Shown here: positions 23,325 to 38,409 of the stretch, one piece after another
How the letters are laid out: each line of letters begins with the position of its first letter
Numbering within the stretch: the stretch's first letter is position 1
Assembly: GCA_001179505.1 (NCBI GenBank)
Contig: CDMY01000033.1
Location: 124,001 to 188,000, forward strand
Direction of reading: 5' to 3'
Source of the DNA: Vitrella brassicaformis CCMP3155
Taxonomy: Eukaryota; Protista; Chromerida
DNA: 64,000 nt
Notes under the pieces: model-generated
Databases searched by the model: none
The model's input: the letters and a program-made list of their open reading frames with translations, nothing else
What the model was told of the DNA's origin: nothing
Made by a program: the position numbers and the translations under genes

Positions 23325-25928
23325 ATGGCGAGAATGACGTCCACTACTCATCCCACCGTGGGCGGTGCGCCGCCTATGGCACCCTCCAAGTGTTTCGACA
23401 AGGAGGGGATGGGCGGCGAGGAGGGTGCCCTTATCGTACGCAAGACAGTCGAGCGGGACGCCCGCAGCGAGAGCGTTGAGTCCAAGGCGAGTGTGGACGA
23501 CACGCTGCCCTACTTTTGTCTGCGTGACCTGAAGTAGGCGCGCCCGCCACACGAGACACGACCCCCCTTGACTCCCTGTGTGATGGTTGTGTCTGCAGGC
23601 TTTTTGCCTCGTACTTGCTGGCTTGGGGAGTGCTGGTGTGTGTGTGCAATGTGGTGGCTGGCCCGACCGCCAGCCGCAGCCCTCCCTCGGCCGACAGAGG
23701 GCTGTCCTCGGGGGCATTGGCAAAGGTGTTCGGCCTCTCGTCCATGATACTTCTCATCATGGTCGCCATGGAGCTCTTCCCAATGATTTTTACCGGCGTG
23801 ACAGTGCGCCGGGACCCTTCGGACAAGCGGCTGCTGTTCGTTCGAGAGGCGACAGCGGTGCTGTTTTTTGTCAAGGTGGTGTGTGCGGCGAGTTACGGGA
23901 TCCTCACCTCGGGTCTGATGCCGTCCCAGCTGGACCACCTGACAGGTCGGCCGGTGATGAGCCTGCGGTCGATGGAGTGGGCCTGCAGCTTCCCCCTGAT
24001 CCTGCGACTACACGGCCTGCACGCATTCAAGACCACCAATGAACGCATCTACGCCGCCATGATGCTCGGGTTCTTCACACCTATGTTGCTGCACTGGTGA
24101 GCCCACCTGACCTGATGCTGGCTGGCTGGCTGGCTGGGGGACTGGCGGTGTCCATCCATCCATCGTTGCCTCTGCCTTTCTTTCTTTCTTGTGTGTGGTA
24201 TGTGCCCCTAGGGGATCTCTGGTGCCTCTTACATGGCTGAGTTGGGCCATGCATGGCGCGGCGATTGCGGGCGTCATAGGAACCATCTACACGACCTCCA
24301 AAGTCTCTCGTGGTGGCTGTGTTTCTGCGCCGTCCCCCCAGCAGCCTGATGGAGATGGAGGAGACTTGGTGGACACCATCTGCCACTTCATCCTGCTGTG
24401 GTCCATCCCCGTCTCGCTAACGGCTCACACGACCATCTTTTGTTTCGCACACAGCGGCCTGCTGTCGATTACGCTTGAGCAAGTGGGGCTGGCGGCCGTC
24501 GATGTGGCCATCAAGGCGGTCGAAACGGTCGCACTGGCGTGCCTCCGCAACAGCGGCTCCAGCCTCATTCTGGAGGAAGCCCAAAAGGGCTACGGCAACA
24601 CCACCACAGCCGCCACACCACGACCACAACCGATTATCCAGGACACCGTCACCGCCCACACTCACACACACACGCGGCATGTGGGCACTTTTCCGGCCAG
24701 TGCGGCTGATGCCACCACAGGTGCCAAGGAGGGTGGGCACCTGCGGCAGCGGCAGCGGGGCCAGGCATCAGCAGCCCATGGTCAGGAGCAGCGGGTGGGC
24801 TCCTCCATGTCGTCCTACCATGGGCAGGGTCGGGTGCCCGTTCGCAGTGAGCAGCAGACGCGAGTGGACCTGCTGAAGTTGCAGCTGCAGAAAGAGCGGC
24901 TCGAACATCAGGTCAGCCACTCACCGGGGGTGTAACTACCTGGCAACTGATTCACTATCTGTGTCTCGATCGCTTTGGTGGATGGTGCATGCAGCTTGAG
25001 CTGTTGGAGTTGAGTCGTCGTCCATCGGCCTCTGCTGCGACTGCCCCTGCCCTGAGCAAGAGCCGCCCCCCACATCCCCCTACTGTGCTTCGCCGCAAGA
25101 AGAGCAACACCCTGGGGGATGCCAGTGCTGCCCACCCAGGGCTGCCGCCCCGGCCACGGGCCACCAGATCGTCCACCAGCCGGCTGCACGCCACACTGCC
25201 GCCGCGACAAGGCGACAAGCCGGACGGAGACTCGCAGCCGCCAGCTGGTGGGGTCGGGGGGGTGTCGGTGGGTGTGGCCAACACCAAGAGCTTCACTCTC
25301 GCCGACACCTCTAGCAGCGGGACGAACACGAGTTCGGGCGAGATGGCTCGCAGCCATGTGGGTGCCCGATCTTCGCATCGGCAGCGGTTGATTGACCGCA
25401 AGATGGGGCACTCCACCAAGGGGGGCGGGGGGGCCGACGACGGCACTCTGGACGTCAGACTAGCACTCGGCAAGGCCGCTGAGACTGCATGTGAACATTT
25501 TGTCAAGCGACGTAAGGAATGCACGGTCGGGACGGGACGCAGACACAGAGGGAGACGGCATGCGCATGTGTGGGCGTCTTTGTACATGTGGGTTCAGGTA
25601 ATGCCTGTTTGAAGAGTCTAAGCAACAAGACCCATCGCGACCTGGTTATCGAGTACCTGGTAAGCGGCTCGCCTCGCCTCGCCTCGCCGGGCTGCCTGCC
25701 TACCTGCCTGCCTGACATCAACAGATACCTGTATATTGTGTGCGTCTGTAGGTGTGCCAGAAGCGCGCGTCATTTCTGGTTCGACGGCGTCGCTTGCGCC
25801 CACGCCTGACACCAACAATTGCCGCTGCTCTGCGCATGATGTACCAGCAGCAGCAGCCACCACATCATGACCTCACGGGGCAGTTGGGGGATGCATCTGG
25901 CAGTCTTGTGAAGGGGTGTGTGGGGTGA
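23325..25928 (+). CDS. Type-1 (microbial) rhodopsin B, 8 predicted TM helices, coiled coil and long low-complexity tail, about 720 aa
   Basis: Six GT-AG exons (23325-23533, 23599-24096, 24212-24911, 24995-25511, 25598-25659, 25752-25928) sum to 2163 nt in frame. Helix C is GRPVMSLRSMEWACSFP and helix G is AAVDVAIKA (Lys codon 24513-24515). Tail exons are less certain. Confidence 0.82.
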
Positions 25929-27173
25929 AATGAATCAATGAGCTGGGATTTTTGCTTGCGGGGAGACACCGATCACTCTAATGCTGCTGTGCATGTCTGT
26001 CTGTCTGTCTATGTCTGTGTGTTGGGGGAAGTTAGGGAGGCCCTTGACTGACTGAGCTGACAAGGGGCATCCCATGCATTCAGCTGGGGGGGGGGGAGGT
26101 GAGGGCATTCCATTCACCATGCCACTGGGTGGGGTGGGGTGGGCGTTTCAGCCAGCAGGGCGAGTCAGGGCAGGGGGAGTGGGGGATTTGAAACGACAGG
26201 GGCGGTGCGGTGCGCCTGGCGTGAATGCATATCATATGTGCATGCCATATGATACATCCATCTCCTGTATGTATGTATGTATGTGTGTATGTATGTGGGG
26301 GCGGATGTGTGTGGATGGGATGTGGCTGTCCTGTCTGTCAGTCAGTCAGTACACAGACTGACTGAGATGGTTTGTATGGGTGCCGTGCGGTGGGTACGTA
26401 TGGGTGGGTATGAATGAGGATGGGTGTAGTGCGCTGTGAATGTTATTACCCACCTCGGCTACCTGTTCAGCCTTGTTCGCTTTTTGCGCACGCAACACAC
26501 GTGTGTGTGCAGGTGTCGGTCATGGCTGACCAAGGAGCCGAGAGGGTAATGTAATGGGTGCTGTGGAACTAACTGCTGCCTCAACTCAACCCGATTTCTT
26601 GTCCATCCATCCACCGTGCTTCCTTTTATGTGTCTGCGTGTAGCTTACATGTATGCGTGTGCGTGTGCGTGCGTGCGGGTGGGGCGGGTTGTCTGCACGT
26701 CCTAACGCTACTGCGATGCTCTGGGTACCTACCTGCGGTCTTTCTTTCCCTGACTTGTCCAAGGCCTGCCTGACACACATGAGTGAGTGAATGAGTGAGT
26801 GGAGCAGACACCTTCTAGTGTAGGGACATAGAGCATGTTGGTGCATGCGGGACCATACAGACACCAGAGAACATTGCTTACAAAGAGAGAATTTCAATCA
26901 TGAACTCCACGAATTACGGCCCCCATGCACAGCAGGCGGCCCCCATACACAGCAGGAAGGACAGCACATTCATGGAGTCAGTCGTGTCTGAATCATATGT
27001 TTGTATGTATAGCACCACACCGGGTCATCCATCCATCCATCCGCCCATCCATACGTCTCTCTGTCTGCACATAATGGACGCATGGATGGGAGGCTACGCT
27101 AGGACAAAGTCAGTCCGGCACTGCCAAGCAGGGATTCAGGCTACAACGGTGCTACCATCCTATGGGTGGTAAT

Positions 27174-30388
<3,215 letters not shown>

Positions 30389-30986
30389 TGTGGGTGACGG
30401 TGGACCCAATCACGGGGGAAGCACAGAGAGACGCACAAACCAGAGAAACGCCTCCAGGGTCGCTTGGTTCGGCGGCCTAGCTCGCGTTCCTTTCGCGAGG
30501 CGAGAAGGGCAATTCATTCCTTCGGTGGCATTGCAGTCAGTACCGTCCTGGATCACTCGTTTGCAGACACGCACCAGCAATCAATCAAGAGGTCCGTCTG
30601 CCGGCCAATGGCATGCACTCACCTCAGGCAGACACCAACCACCTAGCCAGCCAACCCCAGCCGCCCAGCCAGCAGATAGATAGATTCGCTCACCACACTC
30701 ATGGTTGTTTGCTTTAAACCAGCCACCTGTCTGTCTGTCTGTATGCAATGAATGCAGCCATGCCATTGCAGCCCTCCCATTCATTCCCAGTCAGCCAGCC
30801 AGCCAAAACCGATGATATCATATGCATGTCATGTAAGGATGGCTGTATGTATGTGTGTCTGCAGTATGCACATGGACACGAGTCAGTCAGTCAGTGAGGC
30901 AGTCAGCAGTTAGTTAGGTGAGCAGAGCAAGTAAATGAGTGAGTCTTGGGCGGACGGACGGACGACGTTTCCTTCACCTCACCCTT

Positions 30987-33900
30987 TCACCCTTTCTGTG
31001 GGCGCTTGACGCGGAGCTTCTTCCTCTCTGAAGTCAACCCGACACACATACACACAATGCATGGGGTAAATAGGTAGGTGCATGGACGCAGGGGTGTGAC
31101 GCGTCATGTGACCTACCTTGTTTGGGCGCGGGCGTGAGAGCGCCTGACGAGAATGCAGTGCCCGATGCAGCAGCAGCCCCGAGGCCGCCACCGAAGGCCG
31201 ACTGGCTGGCAGCGCCACTGCCCGACACCTGACACACACATAATCCAATGCGCATGTGTCAGAGAGACCAACAAGCGAAGGAGCCGCTCGTACGTCTCAC
31301 CTGTGCTTGAGTCAGTCCGCCCCCGAATGCTCCACCCGATGGCGGCTGGCCGAACGGATTCGCTGAGCCGAAAGGTGCCTGGGGTTGCTGAGGCTGCAGA
31401 GAGAAAACGAGACAAACAGACAGACAGATCCACGGCCATCCACCGAGCGGTTGACCTAGGTTCACCTACCTGGCTGAAAATGCTGCTCTGCTGTGCAGCA
31501 CCGCCGGCGGTTTGCTGGCCGAAGGCTCCCCCGCCGAAAAGGCTGCCGCCTGTTGATGCTGATGAGCCGCCGAACAAAGACGACCCCGCCACGCCTGATC
31601 GATCCACACGCAAACACACACACATGCCATCCATCCATCCACCTCTGCCGTGTTCGCTTCATGACCCTCACTCACCACTAGTTCTGAAGATGCTCCCTCC
31701 TGAAGAGGTCCCCGCCCCCGTGCCACTGGTGCCGCCGAAGAGGCTGCCCGCCGTCTGTCCAAATATGCTACCGCCCGTCCCAGGTGCGGCAGCTCCACCG
31801 CCAAACAGGCCGGACCCCCCGCTGCTTGTGCCTGCGCCACCGCCGAACAGGCTGCCCGTGGACGCGTCTCCCCTAAACAGAGACCCGCTTCCCGACGCTG
31901 CCCCTGCGGCAGCAGAGGCGGCCTCTGCCACGGCCGCACCGAACAGGCCGCCCCCTGTGCCAGAAGAAGGCGCCTTGGCGGGTGCGAACAGGCTGGTGGC
32001 TGGTGTGGTTGTCGACTGCGATGCAGACGGTGCGGGTGCGGTGGCTGGCGCGAAGAGGCCGCCAGCTCCAGGCTGTGTCTGGGCGGTCGTGGCGGCTGGG
32101 GCCGTGGTGGCGAACAGACTTGCGGTTGACGCTGGTGTGAGGGTGACAGCGGGGGCCTGTCCTTCGCTCAGTCGATTGAAGACGCTCACGCGTGGCTTGG
32201 CAGCATCTGATGCTGCCGAAGGGGCGGCGCCCGTTGATGGGGCAGCGGCCGTGCCTCCGAAGGTGAACAGTGATGACGTTGCCTCAGCAGCACCAGCATT
32301 GGGAGGGGGAGTGGCGAAGATGTTGACACTCGACGAAGGGCCAAGCAGAGACGACAGTGGTAGGTCATTTCTCGCCGGCAGGCCGTTGGCACGGACGTCC
32401 TCGGGTGCAGCCGTGGTGGTGCCGTTGACCGATCCGAATGTGGCCCCCGCAAACAGCGCGCCGCCACTGGTCGAGGGCAGCGCAGAATCGGATGTCATGG
32501 ATGAGAGGGTGGAGTAGGTGCCAAATAGGCTGCCAGTGCCCAGCAGGGGCGTGTAGGGGAGGGCGGTGCCATTGGAGGTGAGAAGGGGTCCTTCGTCTGC
32601 TGCTGCCGCCGCGGCAGGCACACCGTTGGCCCTGGGCTGTCCGTCTTGTGCCTCCTCTTGGTCGTCGTCTGCGAACACTCCCTCTCCCTCGTCAACCCCC
32701 ACCATATTGGGCTTGCCCACGTTGGCCAGCCACCACGGCACGCCACCTGCATTGCAGTGCATTGCACCCATCCAAGCGTCAAGTCAACCACATAACACAC
32801 ACCATGGCCATCCATTCATTCGCTCTCCGCCCTGTCTGTGTGTGTGCCGTTCGTTTGTCCGTACCTGCGTCTTGTGCCGGTGCCGTAGGTGCGGGTGCAG
32901 GTGCAGGTGCTTGCGCCGGCGCCGCAGCGGCTCCCGTGCTCACAGATATGCTAGGGTCCTTCTGGTCTCCACCTGCAGCAGCTGCAGCTGCAGCAGCGAC
33001 ACCCTGACCCGGCTCACCAGGCCGCAGGCCGGGAAAGGCACCGCCAGTGGCGGGCCTGGCACCCGCAGCCTCTTCGTTTCCTCCCTCCCGCTGCTGTTGC
33101 ACCTCAGTCGTCGTGCCGAATGTGGGCAGCAGTGTGGGCAGTGGCCGGGGGGCCACGCCCGTGTCGGGCTTCTTCTCTTTGGTGGCTCGTCCCGCCTCGT
33201 GTGCCGCCCCCTCGGCCCGGCGCTTCTTGTCGTTGGCGGCGTCGACCATCTGGTCGCTGTCGCTGGCGGCTGCGGCACCGGTGGCGAAGAGCGACCCCTC
33301 GCCGGTCTTGTTCATGTGGAAGAGGGCCATGCCGCCACCTGACGGCGGGGCTATGAAGACATGCTGCTGCTGGCTCCCGGGAGGACTGGTAGTGAACAGC
33401 GAAGGCTGGGGCTCCACCGATGGCTGTTGGACCACACGAGCTGCCGCAGCAGCAGCAGCGGCCGCAGCGGGTGGCGGTTCGGCAGGTGAGCTGTCCTGGG
33501 AGAGGGGCCGTGTGGGGGAGGAGCCGAATGTGGGGGTGGGTGGAGAGGGGCGGTCGTCGTCTGGTGAGTGGGCTGTGGGCGAGGCCAGGTGCGGGTCGGT
33601 GTGTGACATGCCCAGCGGCGGGGGCCTCTGCCGACTCTCCTCAGCCTGTTTGGACAGCCACCACAACACAAAGAGGCAGACGCATCGGGCAGTGTCGGTG
33701 GCCTCATTCATGTGTATGTTGTGCACCGTACCTTTCTGGCCTCCTCTTGGATGATTCTCCTCCTGATTTCCTCTGCCTCCTTCCTGCGCGCCTCTTCCAC
33801 CTCCTTCTCCCGCTTCTCGCGCTCCTGGCGGGCCCTCGCCTCCAGCTCCCTGCGCTTCTTGTACAGATAATCCTGCACACGCACTCAGGCCATGGACGGA

Positions 33901-36057
33901 TGGATGGATGGATGGCGGTGAGCCGCGCAAACTCACCAGTGCATTGTCATTGTTGAACCTGCGTGACCGGCCATGACGCCGCATCAACTCCATCGTCGAC
34001 AGACCCTGACAATCATCACGACAGATGATTGGATGCGTTGCATTCATGTGTTCGCATCTCTGGCGGGTAGGCAGGTGCGTACCTGTGTTCTGCTGTGAGT
34101 GGAGCCGATGAATCCATCGATGGGGCGGGGCACTGGCGTCATGCCGGGGCGCCAGGGGGGAGGCTCCGATGCACCCGGACCTGCTGCTGCTGCTGCTGCT
34201 GCCGCCGCTGCGGGCGGCTCCTCATCCACCCTGTCCCTGCCGAAGTCGGGCGTGCCAATGCGAGCGAATACGCTGTCGGTGACTGAGGCAACCACACACG
34301 AGAGGCACACCCAATATGCATCCCCCTCTGTCTGCCTCTGTGTGTCTGTGTGTGTGTCGGTCGATCAGTCGCCCACACACCATCGGTTGTGTGTCGTGAT
34401 TGTTTGCGTCGATCATCCTCCTCGTCGGTCGGACGGTCCGCCATCGCCCTCTTCTCTAACCCCCCTAAGCCGCCCTGGTCAGCCCGCAGCCCCGAGAACA
34501 AACCCAAGCTATGGCCGCGACGACCGGACCCCTTAATGGCCAGCGGATCGGGCGACAACACACCAGCACCACCGCTGCCGCCCATGCCAATACCCGCAGC
34601 CGTACCGACACCGTTGGGGATGACCTCTGCCGCAGCGGCATACGGAGGCCGGTGGTAGCCCATCCCTGACGACTGACCTGACGTCAGTGACGAGCTGTAG
34701 CTGTACCCCCCACCTGCAGCGGCCGCAGCTGCTGCTGCCGGCGACGACACTGACGCTGCTGGTCCCGACTCTTTGCTGGTACGGCGAGAGGGGTTGGAAG
34801 AGATGAGTGGTGTGGGTGGTGCCAATGGGTGGCCGGGGGGCAAGATGTCAGAGGGCGGGATCTGCACGTCGGTCTGGATAGACTTTGAGCAGCCGAGCAG
34901 CCCGTCAGGGATGGCGGGGCGCGGCAAGCCGGCACGGTACGCCTCGATGTGCTGATTGATCCAACACACACAAATGACAGACAACAAACAGTGAGGGACA
35001 CATACGACCGATGTGCATCCCTGCCTGCCTCCCTGCCTGCCTGTGTGCCCACCACTCTCAAGCGCTGCTGGTCGAGGTATCGTTGTGGCCCCTCGTTCCT
35101 CGTCAGCGGCCAGTTGGGGTCCCGCTCGCACCACCTCTCGCCCGTCCGCATGTCGTACTTGTAGGTGTACTTGGGGACGTCACGGCCGCGCCACAGGTGC
35201 TCGTACACGTAGCGGGTCACACGAGACGTCCGACGGCGGTAGGGGCGAGGCAGCTCCAATATGTGAGGGGATGTCGATGTGCCGATCCCCAGACCGGCCG
35301 CCGGCTCCTGACGGCTGCTCTGCTCGGTCCCGTTGAGCAATCCCATCCCTTGGCCGGACGAGCCGGGCCACCCCGACGATGTAGCCGAAGCTGCCGCCGC
35401 CGCAGCCGCTGCTTCAGGTGCCCCGCTGGGCGGTCCGTAGTTGAGAGGCTCGTATGCGTTGCGGGGCATCTCGAGGGGTCGGTGTGAGTCCATCATCAGC
35501 TCGTCTCCCGTCTCCTCCTTGGCACTGCTGCCTCCCGACAAGCGGTTCCACGCGCTCTTACCCATCCCAATGGCCCCAGCCACAACACCACGCGCGGAGT
35601 TGACAAGGTTGCTGGGCGAGAAGAGCCCCTGCGGCCTCTCCGGGGCCCCCCCTCCCTCCCGATCCTCCCACTCGTACCCTTGCAGCTGCGCGGGCTGGTC
35701 GTCATAGTCATCGTGTAGGGGTGCTGGGGGGCCGTGGGTCTCATAGATGGACGTGTCCATCAGGCTGGCCTTCCACGACGAGTCAGGCAGCTGATTCAAG
35801 AGCGGACGAGACCCTGATGCCGCTGCTGCCGCCGCCGCTGCAGGCGGAGACGAGGGTCGGTTCGGGTTGGGCAGCGGTTCGTCGAGGTGAGGGTATGGGC
35901 CATTGGTCGTGGTGCTCATGCTCACAGATGTGTTGTTCTGGGAGGTGTCCTCGTCCATCGGGGCAGGGGCGGGCCGAGACGAGCCGGATGACGTCGGACC
36001 TTCGCGGAAAAACGGGTCCGCATAGCGCGGGTCGATGAACCTCTCCGAAGGATCCAT
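30987..36057 (-). CDS. FG-repeat nucleoporin-like protein (Nup153/Nup1/POM121-like architecture)
   Basis: Low-complexity N-half, a central charged coiled coil (KKRRELEARARQEREKREKE), many GSLFG/GGLFG/SIFG repeats, and a basic C-terminus ERKKLRVKRPQKG-stop after splicing. Confidence 0.7.
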
Positions 36058-36286
36058 AGAGAGTCACTCGTAGTCAGCTGTAGTCCACAAACGAGGTCAA
36101 GGAGTCGTCACGGGCATACGTCACTCTTCCTCGACATGCGTCCCAAAGGCTGCCGAGCGCTATTGGCCGAGCGGGGGACGTGTCGCTCCTATGCGCTCAA
36201 GCCGTCACACACTGTCAATTCTTCTCCCCTTTCTTTGCCGCCAATGCGAGCTAATCCACAGCCCGTGGCCAAAGGCGATCGTGGGC

Positions 36287-36318
36287 GAAACCCTAAGCCC
36301 CAGGTTCTATAGGGTTTC
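36287..36318. promoter_or_regulatory. Inverted pair of telo-box-like motifs in the Nup/IMPDH divergent region
   Basis: GAAACCCTA (36287-36295) and its exact reverse complement TAGGGTTTC (36310-36318). Confidence 0.35.
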
Positions 36319-36664
36319 TTTGGCCGTCGCGCTGAAAAGGAAACACCGCCGTCCCACTTCCACGCCGCCGTCCGCTTCCTACCCGTCCTCTTTCGTGGAG
36401 TCAATATCAGAATCCCAGGAAGAGGAGCGCGACGCTATCTGTCAGGTACGCACATGCGCGAGCAAGAGAGGAAACACGTGGACACATGAGTGACACGAGG
36501 ACACGACCTCACATGGTCCGTCCATATTGTGGATGTTGGCTTCTCTCTCTTCATGTCATGTGTGTGTTGTTTCACCAGGCTCCCCGTTCCTGCGTGTCTG
36601 ACATCCATCCATCCATCTCCTCATCTGCCCGTCTGTGTGTCTGTTTGAGCAAAGGACTGTCGCC

Positions 36665-38409
36665 ATGGCTGACGGCTGGGACGCTGAGAAGGTCTTCAAC
36701 TCGTCTGTGTTCGGCTTCACGTACGATGACGTCATCATGATGCCGGGCCACATCGACTTCGGCATCGACGAGGTGGATCTGTCGACCAACGTGACCAAGA
36801 ACATCATGATCAAGACGCCCATCCTGTCGTCGCCCATGGACACCGTCACCGAGTCCAACATGGCCATATCCGTGGCCCTCATGGGCGGCCTCGGCGTCAT
36901 CCACAACAACAACACCGTCGAGGAGCAGGTTGCTGAGGTCCGCAAGGTCAAGCGGTTCGAGAACGGCTTCATCATGGACCCTTTCTGTCTCGCACCAGAC
37001 AGCACCATCACAGATATCGACAAAATCAAGGTCAGTCACGGCGTCAGGCCGAGAGCGAGAGAGGGGATGGGCACACCACCCCCCTTCCTTTATGTATCAT
37101 CTGGTGTGTCTGTGTGTGTATGTGCGTTCAGGAGAAGTTCGGTTATTCGTCAGTGCCGATAACGGAGAACGGTCAGATCGGGTCCAAGTTGGTGGGCATC
37201 GTGACGAGCCGCGACATCGACTTCATCAAGGACCGGTCCCTCAAGCTGTCCCAGGTCATGACGCGAGACTGCATCATCGGATACGAGCCCATCACCCTCA
37301 ACGAGGCCAACAAAATCCTTCGCGAGAGCAAGAAGGGCAAGCTCCCCATCGTCAACGAAGACCACGAGCTCGTCGCCCTCATCTCCCGCAACGACCTCAA
37401 GAAGAATCGCGACTACCCCACGGCGTCCAAGGATGCCAACAAGCAGCTGCTGGTGGCGGCGGCGACGTCCACAAAACCCAAGGACGCCGAGAGGGCCAAG
37501 GCGCTGATCGAGGCTGGGGTGGATGTGATTGTCATCGACTCGTCGCAGGGAAGCTCCACCTTCCAGGTCGACCTCATCAAGCGCATCAAGGCCGACTTCC
37601 CGGATGTCGACATCATCGGGGGCAACGTCATCACAGCGAGACAAGCTAAGGTACACACACCACACACACACACTCACACACGAGGGAGGGAGGGAGGGAG
37701 GGAGAAAGAACCACACGATATCCCACCCACTGTTGTACCTGTGTGTGTCCTGTCATGCCTCATTCAGGTGTTGATAGATGCGGGTTGCGACGGTCTTCGT
37801 ATCGGCATGGGTTCAGGGTCCATCTGCACGACCCAGGAGGTCTGTGCGGTGGGCCGCGCCCAGGCGACGGCCGTGTACCAGGTGGCCAAGTACGCCCGCG
37901 AGTACGGCGTGCCGTGCATTGCCGACGGCGGCATCCAGAACAGCGGCCACATCATGAAGGCCTTGGCCTTGGGCGCATCGGGCGTCATGGTGGGGTCGCT
38001 CTTTGCCGGCACGGAGGAGGCGCCGGGCAACTACTACTTCCAGAACGGTGTGCGTGTCAAGACCTACAGGGGTATGGGCAGCCTCGAGGCCATGGAGAAG
38101 GCCCAGGGCGCCATGACGCACGGGTCGCAGGGCAGGTACTTCGCCGAGGACGCCAAGGTGCGGGTGGCCCAGGGGGTCAGCGGCGCTGTGGTCGACAAGG
38201 GGTCGGTCAAGACGCTCATCCCGTACGTCATCCAGGGCGTCAAGCACGGCATGCAGGACATGGGCAACCACACCGTGACCGAGCTGCACAACGGCCTCTA
38301 CAGCGGCCACACGCGCATGGACATCAGATCGGGGGCGGCACAGAGGGAGGGAGGCGTGCACGACCTTCTGAGTTACGAGAAGCGACTATTCAGCGTCGTC
38401 AGGGACTAA
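36665..38409 (+). CDS. IMPDH: Inosine-5'-monophosphate dehydrogenase, eukaryotic type with CBS (Bateman) domain, 3 exons
   Basis: [11 protein letters not shown]...[26 protein letters not shown], catalytic [37 protein letters not shown] and [14 protein letters not shown]; TAA at 38407-38409. Confidence 0.98.

Noticed and set aside
21272-25928. Rhodopsins as proton pumps, or as parts of a bestrhodopsin or enzymerhodopsin fusion
   Set aside because: Both have Leu at the D96 donor site. They are on opposite strands, so they cannot form one tandem fusion. No bestrophin, cyclase, PDE or His-kinase motifs were found before RBBP4 or downstream of rhodopsin A.
31153-32517. 454-aa plus-strand ORF, and similar antisense ORFs (37813-38361, 53307-53969, 61569-62567)
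   Set aside because: These are shadow ORFs on the opposite strand of GC3-rich real genes, with no independent motifs or splice logic.
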